This document shows, in pieces, positions 37,721-46,816 of a DNA stretch of 64,000 bases (position 1 is its first letter; every line of letters starts with the position of its first letter). The translations under genes were made by a program, and so were the position numbers. A model generated the notes under the pieces. The model did not search any database. It saw only the letters and a list, made by a program, of their open reading frames with translations, and was not told the origin of the DNA. This stretch comes from Vulcanimicrobiota bacterium (lineage in GTDB: Bacteria; Vulcanimicrobiota; Xenobia; Xenobiales; JADMJV01): assembly GCA_050250895.1 (NCBI GenBank), contig JBFWNU010000001.1, forward strand, positions 2,278,210 through 2,342,209. The letters are read 5' to 3'.

Positions 37721-38751
37721 AGTTCGGGTCGGATACCGTATTTGATGGCCCGGCCTTCGCCCAGGTCAGAAAAGATGGCGGCATAGTCAGACATGGGGCG
37801 GATTTCGGTGATCAGATCGTCGACCGGCAGACTGTCATCCATCAGCAGTTGCCGGGCCTGTGAGACAGCCTCGGGAGTGAAGTGAAAAACCCCTTTGACG
37901 GTCAGGCCCCGTTCGATGATCTCTTCGACCGGAAAGTCGACGGTGCTGCCGGCGGCGCACCCACCAAACAGCATGGTGGTGCCTCCGGCCGCAGTGGCGG
38001 CCAACGACTCTTCCCACACCTCGGGGCGGCCGGTACACTCGATGACCACATCGGCCCCTCTGCCATCGGTGAGGCGTTGGATGATGGGCGTCACCGACTG
38101 GTCGTCGGCCACATCGACCACCTGATCGGCCCCCATGGCTTTGGCTGCCTCGAGTCGTCGTTCGCGGCGGCCCAGCATGATCACGCGACTGGCCTGATGA
38201 TAGCGAGCCAGAGCCAGGTGTAACAAGCCGATCGGCCCAGCTCCGATGACCACCACCTGGCGCCCCTTCACTTCCATCTGCTGGTGACCGTAGACCACGC
38301 AGGCCAGGGGTTCCATGATGGCGGCCCGGAAGTAGTCCAGTTCCTCGGGCTTGGGATAGAGATTGGTGGCCACGATGTGGGCCGGTACCCGCACGAATTC
38401 AGAGAAGGCTCCGAGCAGCAGTCCTTCCATGCAGTGGGGACACAGGTTGTGCAACCCCCGCTTGCATTCGAAGCACTTACCGCAAGGGGCCGTGGGCGCC
38501 AGCATCACGGGCAGACCGACCGCCAGTCCTTCGACCCCTTCACCGAGTTCGGTGATGTCTCCCGAGAATTCATGGCCAAAGGCCGTGGGCAGGGGAAACT
38601 TGGGATGCCCGCGGCGGAAGAACTTGAGGTCGGTACCGCAGGTCAGAGCAGCTCGCACCCGCACCACCACCTCACCCGGGCCGGCCTGAGGAACAGGCAC
38701 GTCGCGCAAGGTCAGATCGCCGGGTTGGCGCAGATAGAGCTGCTTCATCAC
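37717..38751 (-). CDS. Zinc-dependent medium-chain alcohol/polyol dehydrogenase
   Basis: GHEFSG catalytic Zn site, structural Zn cluster CGKCFECKRGLHNLC, NAD-binding VIGAGPIGL. The stop overlaps the start of the formyltransferase gene. Confidence 0.85.
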   Translation of the reverse strand: MMKQLYLRQPGDLTLRDVPVPQAGPGEVVVRVRAALTCGTDLKFFRRGHPKFPLPTAFGHEFSGDITELGEGVEGLAVGLPVMLAPTAPCGKCFECKRGLHNLCPHCMEGLLLGAFSEFVRVPAHIVATNLYPKPEELDYFRAAIMEPLACVVYGHQQMEVKGRQVVVIGAGPIGLLHLALARYHQASRVIMLGRRERRLEAAKAMGADQVVDVADDQSVTPIIQRLTDGRGADVVIECTGRPEVWEESLAATAAGGTTMLFGGCAAGSTVDFPVEEIIERGLTVKGVFHFTPEAVSQARQLLMDDSLPVDDLITEIRPMSDYAAIFSDLGEGRAIKYGIRPEL

Positions 38752-38782
38752 GCTTCGCTTCGGCTTGGTTGCGGTCTAACCT

Positions 38783-39676
38783 TCAGCTCCACGGGCCGCT
38801 CTCGAAGCCGCCGATCCGCCAACCTTGCGAGGTTTGCACAAAGCGCCAGCGCCAGGGCTTGCGGGCCCCCCGCGCCGGCTCGACCAGCAGCAGCCCGTCG
38901 GGCTCGCCCTCGAGAGGACGCCGATAGGTCAGGTCCCAGCGATGTTCCTGGTCGCTCAGGTATTTCTCGCCGACCGCCTGAAAATCGGCCAGAGAGAGCT
39001 GCCCCTGCAGCTCGGCTGCCAGCAAATGATAGGCAGAGGTCCATTGGCGCTGGCGCACGGCTCCCAGGAAGCTCCCGGCCACCTGACGGGGAGAGGCTTC
39101 GGCCAGTCTGGGAGCGAGGGTAGGCGTGGCGCGAACGACCGGCCGCCCAGGCCAGAGAAAGCCAACCGCGGCCCAGGCTAGGGCCAGCAGCATGAGGGCT
39201 AGAGCCGGATACAGCAGGCCCGGCGCCGTCGACTCGCTCACCAGGGTAGGACCCGACTGGAGTCGGGGCCCTAACTCGCGGGCCCAGTCGTTGATACACT
39301 GTAGGTTGGCATAGCTAAAAGCGCCAGCGCCGGGCTGCCGCAGAACCAGGTAACCTTGCGCTCGACCTTCGACCAGAACAGGAGCACAGGCGGCCGAGCG
39401 AAACTCGAGGGGGGGAGTGGCCCGACACCCTGGCAAAAACGACTGGCTTGCATCCAGCACCAGGTGAGGCTTGCCCTCGCGCTCCACATGGGCGATGAGG
39501 GCTCGGGTCATTGGCCCCACCGAGGCCGGGCCGTGAGCCCCGCGGACCACCAGTCCACCTGATTCGACCAGCACGATCAGGCCTTGGGCGGACCCAAACT
39601 GACGCCCGATCCTGGCGCGATACTCTGAGATGGCCGAACTCACCGACATACGAGCGGAATATTTCCTTAAAGCCAC
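38783..39676 (-). CDS. Hypothetical membrane protein (N-terminal GAF-like region, one TM, C-terminal extracytoplasmic domain)
   Basis: 297-aa ORF with a hydrophobic helix LLYPALALMLLALAWAAVGFLW. The start may instead be the internal ATG at ~39649. Confidence 0.5.
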   Translation of the reverse strand: MALRKYSARMSVSSAISEYRARIGRQFGSAQGLIVLVESGGLVVRGAHGPASVGPMTRALIAHVEREGKPHLVLDASQSFLPGCRATPPLEFRSAACAPVLVEGRAQGYLVLRQPGAGAFSYANLQCINDWARELGPRLQSGPTLVSESTAPGLLYPALALMLLALAWAAVGFLWPGRPVVRATPTLAPRLAEASPRQVAGSFLGAVRQRQWTSAYHLLAAELQGQLSLADFQAVGEKYLSDQEHRWDLTYRRPLEGEPDGLLLVEPARGARKPWRWRFVQTSQGWRIGGFESGPWS

Positions 39677-39710
39677 GGTAATCTCTTGCAGGCTCTGCTA
39701 TAATCTGGCC

Positions 39711-40142
39711 ATGTCTCGGTCAGAGCGGGGGGTCAGTTTATTGCTCGAGGCCGTCTTTGGCCTGACCCTATTCGCCCTGGCGATGCTGTTCGTCTTTGCT
39801 TTGTTCCCGGCAACCCGGCGCTCGGCCGAGATGGCTCGCGAGCGCGACGTGGCCAACAACCTGGCGCGTGACTACCTCGAACGCGAGCGAGCCTTGCCCT
39901 ATGACGATGTCGGCAACATCACGCCAGCGGCCACCACTCCGCCCGAGCAGATAGCCATTCCCACTACTTTTGACGGGGTCAGCTCGCAAACCAACTACGA
40001 TGTCGAAGTCATCGTCACCGAGCCCGAGGTCGACAAGCGCAAGGTGGTGCGGGTAGTGGTTCGCTGGCTCAGTTCTGGAATCGAACATTCGGTCAGCCTC
40101 GAGACCTACAAAGTGAAGTACCCAGAGTTGGTGACACCGTGA
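39711..40142 (+). CDS. Putative minor pseudopilin (prepilin-like N-terminus)
   Basis: N-terminal RG|VSLLLEAVFGLTLFALAML hydrophobic segment resembling a class III signal. First gene of three overlapping co-oriented genes. Confidence 0.55.
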   Translation: MSRSERGVSLLLEAVFGLTLFALAMLFVFALFPATRRSAEMARERDVANNLARDYLERERALPYDDVGNITPAATTPPEQIAIPTTFDGVSSQTNYDVEVIVTEPEVDKRKVVRVVVRWLSSGIEHSVSLETYKVKYPELVTP

Positions 40143-40753
40143 GGCGTCAAGGCTTTAGTCTGGCCGAGTTGATGGTGGCCATCGCCATCCTGGCTTTCTT
40201 GCTCAGCGGCCTCTACCTGATTCTGGTTGCCGGGGCAGGATATTTTCGCAAGGGCAACGTGGCTGCGACGGTCCATCAGCAAGCCCGCCTGGGCTTGCGA
40301 AAGCTCACCGTCGAGATCGAGAATAGCCAGACCCAGTCGATCTATGCAGCCGACTCGCCGGTCCCGTATCTCATTATGCCTTCGGCCGATGCGCCTCGGC
40401 CCGGTCTGGCCGGACAGTGGACCCTCACCTCGGGGCGTCTGACCTGGCAGAAGTGGGTCTGTTTCTGGCTCGAAAACGGTCAGTTGGTCCGCGCCGAAAC
40501 GGTGTTGCCGCCTTTACCCTCGGCGGACCTGCCCTTGCCCGCCGACCCCGACTATCCAGCCTTTGCCGATTTTTCCGCCGCCCCTCGCGAGGCGTTGGCC
40601 CGCCAGATTTACGACCTCGATTTCACTGTCGACACCGCTCTGGGCGGCGGACCTACGGTAGCCTTGCGGGTGGTGGCCCGACAAGCCACGGCCAGCGACA
40701 AGGCGACTGAGGTAGTTTTGCAGAATAGAGTATATCCTCGCAATACGCGATGA
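40139..40753 (+). CDS. Prepilin-type N-terminal cleavage/methylation domain protein (minor pilin)
   Basis: Canonical QG|FSLAELMVAIAILAFL (Gly-1, Glu+5). Confidence 0.8.
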   Translation: MRRQGFSLAELMVAIAILAFLLSGLYLILVAGAGYFRKGNVAATVHQQARLGLRKLTVEIENSQTQSIYAADSPVPYLIMPSADAPRPGLAGQWTLTSGRLTWQKWVCFWLENGQLVRAETVLPPLPSADLPLPADPDYPAFADFSAAPREALARQIYDLDFTVDTALGGGPTVALRVVARQATASDKATEVVLQNRVYPRNTR

Positions 40754-42114
40754 TGGATGGAGGAAAAGGCATGAACAGGGTGCTTCAACGTGGTGGCGTG
40801 GCCATCGTGACCGTCCTGCTGGTGTTGGCCGTGCTGGCCGTCATGGTCGTCGGCCTGGTCAACCTGAGCTCGAACAGCCTGGTCCAGAGCCGTCACGATA
40901 GTGGCGACCTCACCGCCCAGTATGCCGCCGAAGCGGGTGCCTGGCGGGCGGTTTCAGAGATTTCGGACCACGGCGCCACCGGCGTGTTGTGGACCAACCA
41001 GGCGATGGAGAACGGCGGAGCCAGCTACACCGTCGAGGTGACCCAGGGGCCTGCCAACGTTAACGGCACCGATGTGCCCGACAGCGACCACTACTACGTC
41101 AACTCCGTGGGCCGTGAGACGGGGGTGGCCTCTCCGGCCGAGAAGCGAATCGGGATGTTAGTGAAATCGGGGCCGGCCAGCACCTTTGACACGGCCGTGT
41201 TCGTGCAGACCTCGTTGCAGCTCGATAACGGCTTCACCGAGATGATGCCCGAGACTCCTCCAACCACCCCGCCTCCGACCACCCCCCCTCCCACCACCCC
41301 GCCGCCAACGACGCCCGGATATTCGGGTCCCACCGGTCCCGTGCTCGGTGGCGGCGTCAGCACTACTACGGTCAGCGGCTCCCGGGCCCACATCGGCACC
41401 AACGACACCATCGCGGGTATCGTCTCCCTGGCCAATAACTCCGACATCGACCACGGCCTCGGAGACGTCATCGTCGGCCCGGGTGGAGCGACCACCTCGG
41501 TCAACAATACCAGTTCCAACCCATCGGCCTTCAACAGTGTGGCTCCGCTGACCCAGACCCGGGCTTTTCAGGCAGTGATTTTGCCCTATCCGAGTGCGAG
41601 CGGCTCGCTCGATATCAGCGGCGACCAGACGCTGGCGCCGGACCAGGCCTACGGCGACGTGACCGTGCAAGCCGGAGCCAATCTGCGTTTGGACGCCGCC
41701 CACACCTACCAGTTCAGGAGCCTCACGGTTAACGGCGGCACCATTACCCGCCAGGGTCTCGGCACTCTCGACGGCACGCACGTCTATGTCGAAGATGGCC
41801 TATCCGTGACGGGAACCATCGAGAATCAGTCGGGCCGGTCCGACAAGCTGCGCATCTTCGTCAAAGCCGGCAACGTCCGGCTCGATCACGGCACGGCCCG
41901 CTACGTGCTCTATGCGCCAGAATCTACTGTCGATCTGGTCAATGGCAGCGTGATCGAAGGCGCTCTCATGGCTGGTAGCGCCCACCTGGTGGGAGGGGCG
42001 ACGGCTCGTTCGGGCGTTCGCTACGACCCTGTCTTGACCGGCCAGAGTATCTTCGAGAGCCTGACCTCCGGCGGTCCCACCGCTGTCAGCGTGGTGATGA
42101 CCCAGCGGTTCTAG
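40750..42114 (+). CDS. PilX-like pilus-associated protein with (TPPP)n linker and beta-rich C-terminal domain
   Basis: PilX-N-like start QRGGVAIVTVLLVLAVLAVM, TPPTTPPPTTPPPTTPPPTTP linker, Gly/Thr/Ser-rich repeat-like C-terminus. Confidence 0.55.
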   Translation: MMDGGKGMNRVLQRGGVAIVTVLLVLAVLAVMVVGLVNLSSNSLVQSRHDSGDLTAQYAAEAGAWRAVSEISDHGATGVLWTNQAMENGGASYTVEVTQGPANVNGTDVPDSDHYYVNSVGRETGVASPAEKRIGMLVKSGPASTFDTAVFVQTSLQLDNGFTEMMPETPPTTPPPTTPPPTTPPPTTPGYSGPTGPVLGGGVSTTTVSGSRAHIGTNDTIAGIVSLANNSDIDHGLGDVIVGPGGATTSVNNTSSNPSAFNSVAPLTQTRAFQAVILPYPSASGSLDISGDQTLAPDQAYGDVTVQAGANLRLDAAHTYQFRSLTVNGGTITRQGLGTLDGTHVYVEDGLSVTGTIENQSGRSDKLRIFVKAGNVRLDHGTARYVLYAPESTVDLVNGSVIEGALMAGSAHLVGGATARSGVRYDPVLTGQSIFESLTSGGPTAVSVVMTQRF

Positions 42115-43523
42115 CCCTCGACTGGGATCGAGATATCGCCGATCACCAGCCAATCGCCGTCGTGCTCGACCTGGGGCGGCGCCGGCGTAGGCTCGGTCGG
42201 CTGCAGGACGCGTTCCGTGAGGCGTTGGCTCACCGTCTCGGGGGTCACGTTCAGGCGTAAAACCTGGCGGTTGCTCTTGAGTTCGACCTGACCATTCTCG
42301 ACCCGCTCGAGGTCCCACCAGTCGTGCTCTTTGAACTGCAGCGGCACGACATAGCGCTTATCGCCGCCGGGCGGCACAACCACTAAGCGGTCGTCGGAAT
42401 CGAAAACGTAGAGGTTGCCCTTCTCGTCGGGGGCAAAGTCACGAAAGTCGGTGATGGGCACCACGCCCGTCTCGTTGCCATTGGGGTCGAGTCGGTGCAG
42501 GCCCGAGTCGTCGCCGGCGGCATAGACGACGCTTCCGTCAGGCCCCACCTTGAAAGGTTCGTCGGTCATGCCGCCGGGGGCCAGATCGAGTTCTTTGTGC
42601 CAGATCATCTGGCCCTCGGCCGTGAAACAGTAGTGGTGGTCGTCGTGGCGACCTTTGGCATAGATGCGGCCGTCGCGCCCGAGCCAGGGAGTGGCCAGGC
42701 CCCGTTCCGAGTCGGTGTCGAGCTTCCAACTCTTGCCGGTAGCCAGGTCGACCCCGGTCAACGAGCCCTGATCGCTGCCGTAGATGAGCTTGTCATCGAC
42801 CCGGACGGGAAAGGTCGAGAAGTTGGGCATCTTATGCCGTTTCTTCTGCCCGGTGGCGCTGATCCGTTCGAAATGGTCGTCGCCGAAGTTGTTCGAGAAG
42901 TCGTTGTTGGCGAAAACCTGGTCACCGTTGGGATAGACCACATGGAAGTAGCTGGAAGGATAGATCGAGAGGTCCTTCTGCCAGTTGACCTGGCCGGTCT
43001 GGGCATCGAGAGCGGTCACGGTCTTCTCGGCCTTGAGAAAGACCTGGTCGCCAAAAGGTCGGACGGAGTCGAGCTTGGGGTGCGGATATTCCTTCGGCTC
43101 GTGGGTCCACACGGTTTGGCCCTGGGCGTCGAGGGTGACCATCAGCGGGGCGGTATAGTGGCTCTCGGGCTCGAGCAGCAGATAAGTGTGGCCGTTGGAG
43201 GATACGGTCAGCGAGCGGACTCCGAATCCGCCGGGGGCGTCGTAGCGCCAGATTTGCTTGCCATCGGGGCCAAGGGCGACGGCATAGCCACCCGGGTCTT
43301 GGTCGCGATCGCGCGAGGTGTCGAAGCTCGAGGCCGACAAATAGGTTCGCCCATCGGGGGTGTGGACCACCTGATCGAGACTGTGACTGTCGTCGACCTC
43401 GTAATGAGCCAGGGTGACTTCGGCTACGTCGATGGGCTCTTTGAGTCCGTCTCCGAGCAAAGCCCCCAGGTCGGGGGTGGCGGCCCGACGGGTGGTGGCG
43501 TGCAAACCGATTTGGCTGATCAT
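42111..43523 (-). CDS. PQQ-like beta-propeller repeat protein
   Basis: Repeated W/Y-containing blades (DGKQIWRYDAPGG…, GQTVWTHEP…, GQVNWQKDL…, GQMIWHKEL…). Start set at the internal Met to avoid overlap with the downstream gene (the track ORF extends to 43658). Confidence 0.65.
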   Translation of the reverse strand: MISQIGLHATTRRAATPDLGALLGDGLKEPIDVAEVTLAHYEVDDSHSLDQVVHTPDGRTYLSASSFDTSRDRDQDPGGYAVALGPDGKQIWRYDAPGGFGVRSLTVSSNGHTYLLLEPESHYTAPLMVTLDAQGQTVWTHEPKEYPHPKLDSVRPFGDQVFLKAEKTVTALDAQTGQVNWQKDLSIYPSSYFHVVYPNGDQVFANNDFSNNFGDDHFERISATGQKKRHKMPNFSTFPVRVDDKLIYGSDQGSLTGVDLATGKSWKLDTDSERGLATPWLGRDGRIYAKGRHDDHHYCFTAEGQMIWHKELDLAPGGMTDEPFKVGPDGSVVYAAGDDSGLHRLDPNGNETGVVPITDFRDFAPDEKGNLYVFDSDDRLVVVPPGGDKRYVVPLQFKEHDWWDLERVENGQVELKSNRQVLRLNVTPETVSQRLTERVLQPTEPTPAPPQVEHDGDWLVIGDISIPVEG

Positions 43524-43576
43524 GCGCGCCCAGCATACGCCCGCCGGTTTGCCGATGTTTGGCCCGGCTGTAAATT

Positions 43577-44059
43577 TTAGGCCAGGTCGATGACTTCGAC
43601 CTCTTTTTTGGCCAGGTCGACCACCGCCGCCGTCGGCCGGCGGGTCAGCCAGCCGCACACTTCGCCGGGGTTGACGATCAAGGTCGCTCCCGGGCGGATG
43701 TCGAGCCGGTGGGTGTGGCCATATACTACCAGGTCAAAGTAGCCGCCGGCCAGGGCCTCGAGAGCCACCGGTTCATGCTCGAGCAAAATTTTGTGGCCGT
43801 CGAGTTCGAGCTCGTTGGGTCGCTCGGCCAGGGTCCCCATCTCGCCCCAGCGAGCCTTGAGCCCGAGGCGCTCGCCATCGTTGTTGCCGAAGACCCCGTG
43901 CACCGGGACTTTCAGCTTGGCCAGCACCGGAATGGTGAAAGGGGCGACAAAGTCGCCCGCATGCAAGACCGCCTGAACGCCACGGCGGTCGAGAGACTCG
44001 ACCGCCGCTTGAAGATGGTCCAGGTGGTCGTGGCTATCGGCCAGGACCCCTATCAACAT
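43577..44059 (-). CDS. Metallophosphoesterase (YfcE/MJ0936 family)
   Basis: Motifs GVLADSHD, HAGDF, GNNDGE, GHTH; 160 aa. Confidence 0.85.
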   Translation of the reverse strand: MLIGVLADSHDHLDHLQAAVESLDRRGVQAVLHAGDFVAPFTIPVLAKLKVPVHGVFGNNDGERLGLKARWGEMGTLAERPNELELDGHKILLEHEPVALEALAGGYFDLVVYGHTHRLDIRPGATLIVNPGEVCGWLTRRPTAAVVDLAKKEVEVIDLA

Positions 44060-44061
44060 CG

Positions 44062-44592
44062 CTAGGGAGCCATCGTTTCCAGGTAACGGCTGCCAGCCAG
44101 AGCTTCGCGAACGAAGTCAGGCAATTGCGAGGCCGAACGGAACTCGGGGCCGGTGAAATAGACCTTCTTGGCGCCGCCGTTCTGGGGGTCGGCCTCGAGG
44201 GTCAGCTGGGTGTCGAAATGTTTGTTGGGCTTCTTGAGCTTCTCGACGGTGTATTTGCTGTTGCCTTTACGACCATCATGAGGGAAGTGGAAGCGGATGT
44301 CTTTGGCGCTGGCCTTGAATTCGAAGATCTCGAGAGTGATCTTGAAGGCCGAGGCAGCGTCGACGTTGAGGCCCACGTTGTCCGAAGTGAACATGTAGGC
44401 CTTCCAGGTCTCGTGACTCATCTCGGGATACTTGTCGATCCAGATCGAGTCGTAGAGGTCCTTGTTGGTGGGGGTGACATCACTCTGGCTGGAGCCAAGC
44501 TGAGTCACGCCGTAACCCACGATCAGGCACGAGGTGACCACCAGGGCCGCAAACCAACGCGGGATGAGGCGGGCGATTGATCGGTTTTGCAT
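44062..44592 (-). CDS. Hypothetical signal-anchored secreted protein
   Basis: ATG with AAGGAG RBS, N-terminal hydrophobic anchor LIPRWFAALVVTSCLIVGYG; 176 aa; slightly lower GC. Confidence 0.5.
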   Translation of the reverse strand: MQNRSIARLIPRWFAALVVTSCLIVGYGVTQLGSSQSDVTPTNKDLYDSIWIDKYPEMSHETWKAYMFTSDNVGLNVDAASAFKITLEIFEFKASAKDIRFHFPHDGRKGNSKYTVEKLKKPNKHFDTQLTLEADPQNGGAKKVYFTGPEFRSASQLPDFVREALAGSRYLETMAP

Positions 44593-44697
44593 ACTATCAA
44601 CTCCTTGAGTTCCTTTGTTGCGCCACGGCCTTCGACCCCATCGCGAGAATCTCCCGCCGGAAGGAACCCTTGCTGAGCGAGGCCAAGGACCACGACG

Positions 44698-45585
44698 ATG
44701 TCGGGTCTGCCGCACGGCTACGTGCTTAAAGGGCGCTACAAGATACTATCCACTTTAGGGCAAGGAAGTTTCTCTTCGGTCTATCTGGCCAGCGATTCTC
44801 AGTGGAAAGGCAATCTGGTCGCCCTCAAGGCCATCAGCACCGAGCACTTCTCCGAGCAAGAGTACATGCAGCTCAATGCCCACTTCTTGCAAGAGGCGGC
44901 CTTTCTCATGACCCTCAAGCACCCGGGCCTGCCACGGGTGGTCGAGTTCTTCGCCGAGGGGGCCAGTTATTTTCTGGCCCTGCAGTGGATCGGCGGCAAG
45001 AATCTGGAGGAGGTGCTGGTCGAGCGGGGGCGGCTCGAATTCGAAGAGGTTCTGGGTTGGGGGATCGAGCTGTGCGCCATCCTCGACTATCTCCACTCGC
45101 GCGAGCCCTATCCCGTCTTGCTGGGTGACCTCAAGCCCTCGAACATCATTTTGCGCTATGACAACCACGTCTCGGTGGTCGACTTCGGGGTGGCTCGGCA
45201 GGTCATCCCCGAGCAACATCGCGACTTCTCGCTGGTCAGCCCGGGCTTTTCGCCGCCCGAGCAGTATCAGAGCTTCAACGTAGGCACTTCAGGAGATGTC
45301 TATTCTCTGGGAGCCACCCTTTACTGGTTGCTCACCGGTGTCGATCTGGCCCGCCTTCGCTTTGCCATCCCGCCTCTGCGCCAGCATCGCTCCGACGCGT
45401 CCGAGGACCTCGAACGCGTGCTGGCCCGGTGCCTCGAGTTCGAGGCTCGCCGCCGCTACCCCGAGATTCGCCACGTCGACGAGGAGTTGAAACGGATTCT
45501 TCAGCAACTGAATGCCGACGCCGGCGAGTTCAGTGCTGGGGACATTTTGTCGGCCCTGTACAAGAGCAAGAAAAAGGAACTCTGA
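44698..45585 (+). CDS. Ser/Thr protein kinase (non-RD type)
   Basis: Gly loop LGQGSFSSVY, VALK lysine, catalytic LGDLKPSNI (HRD replaced by LGD), DFG, APE-like SPPE. Confidence 0.9.
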   Translation: MSGLPHGYVLKGRYKILSTLGQGSFSSVYLASDSQWKGNLVALKAISTEHFSEQEYMQLNAHFLQEAAFLMTLKHPGLPRVVEFFAEGASYFLALQWIGGKNLEEVLVERGRLEFEEVLGWGIELCAILDYLHSREPYPVLLGDLKPSNIILRYDNHVSVVDFGVARQVIPEQHRDFSLVSPGFSPPEQYQSFNVGTSGDVYSLGATLYWLLTGVDLARLRFAIPPLRQHRSDASEDLERVLARCLEFEARRRYPEIRHVDEELKRILQQLNADAGEFSAGDILSALYKSKKKEL

Positions 45586-45680
45586 GAAGGAAATAGGGGT
45601 TAAGCGCGAAGCACTCCCCGTCTGAGCCGGTCGCCTGGGGGTAAGACGACCGGGGAGAACCACGAAGGAGTATCAACAAC

Positions 45681-46229
45681 GTGAGTTTGAACAGGGGATT
45701 GAGTGCCGCGCTCTTGGCTGGAATGCTGTTTCTAGCTGGTTGCGCGCCCGCAGCGCCCGTGCACCCCAGTGCCGACAAAGGCGGGCCCGACACGCCTCTG
45801 CCGAAGAAGACCCCGGTCGAGGTGGCCTCTTCGGACCAGGGTGATTCGAACGGCGGCCCCGCTGCCACCGGCCCCATGGCCGAAGATCTGGCCAACGCCG
45901 ATGGCATGGCTGGCTTCGAAGAGGTGATGAAGATGACCGCGCCGTCTGCCAGCAACCTGGATACGGGGAAGAATCTCTTTGCTCAGAACTGTGCGACCTG
46001 CCACGGCGCCTCGGGTAAAGGAGACGGTAAGGCCGGCGCAGCGCTCGACCCACCGCCCCGCAACCTGACTGTCCCCGGCGAATACAAGTACGGCCACATG
46101 GAGCTGGCCACTTTTCGGACTATCAAGTACGGCGTCGAGGGCTCTGGCATGACCGGTTGGGACGGTCGCATGACCGACGACGAGACGTGGGCGGTTGTCC
46201 ACTACGTCATGAGCCTCCAGAAAGGATAA
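45681..46229 (+). CDS. Lipoprotein c-type cytochrome (class I)
   Basis: GTG with GAAGGAG RBS, lipobox LAGC, CATCH heme site, GMTGW Met-ligand region. Confidence 0.85.
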   Translation: MSLNRGLSAALLAGMLFLAGCAPAAPVHPSADKGGPDTPLPKKTPVEVASSDQGDSNGGPAATGPMAEDLANADGMAGFEEVMKMTAPSASNLDTGKNLFAQNCATCHGASGKGDGKAGAALDPPPRNLTVPGEYKYGHMELATFRTIKYGVEGSGMTGWDGRMTDDETWAVVHYVMSLQKG

Positions 46230-46241
46230 GGAAGATACACA

Positions 46242-46808
46242 ATGCGAAATCATCGCGTTACCACCTGGCTCGGTTTGCTCGTGGCCTCTCAGTTGTTTCT
46301 GACCGGCTGCCCGTCTACCCCGCCCAGCGAAACACCCACTACTCCAGCCCCGGCTACCACTGCAGCCCCGGCTGAAACCCCTCCCGCGGAAGGAGCCAAG
46401 ACCCTGCCCGAGGCACAGGTCGTGGCTGCCGACATGGAGAAGGCCAAAGAAGACTTCTCTGCTGCCGAAGGCACCACCGGTGCCGAGGAAGTGGCGGCCT
46501 TGACCGAGATTCCGGCCGCTTCGGCCGAGACCGTGGCCAAAGGCAAAGAGCTCTTCCAGACCAACTGCACCACCTGCCACGGCGACGACGCGGCGGGTAA
46601 CGGCCCGGCCGGCGCTGCGCTTGACCCGCCGCCCCGCAACCTGACCTTGCCCGGCGAGTACAAGTACGGCCATCTCGATTTGGCTGTGTACCGTACCGTC
46701 AAGTACGGTTCTGATGGCACCGGAATGGTCGGCTGGGACGGCCGCATGTCCGAAGACGAAATGTGGGCCGTGGTCCACTACGTCCGGGGGATTCAGAAAG
46801 AGGGCTAA
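46242..46808 (+). CDS. Lipoprotein c-type cytochrome (class I), tandem paralog
   Basis: Lipobox LTGC, CTTCH, GMVGW. Same domain layout as the preceding gene, with a Pro/Thr/Ala-rich linker. Confidence 0.85.
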   Translation: MRNHRVTTWLGLLVASQLFLTGCPSTPPSETPTTPAPATTAAPAETPPAEGAKTLPEAQVVAADMEKAKEDFSAAEGTTGAEEVAALTEIPAASAETVAKGKELFQTNCTTCHGDDAAGNGPAGAALDPPPRNLTLPGEYKYGHLDLAVYRTVKYGSDGTGMVGWDGRMSEDEMWAVVHYVRGIQKEG

Positions 46809-46816
46809 GCTCCGCC

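Noticed and set aside
45732-46778. 348-aa minus ORF and others overlapping the cytochrome c genes
   Set aside because: The cyt c genes have lipoboxes, CxxCH and RBS. The antisense frame is featureless.
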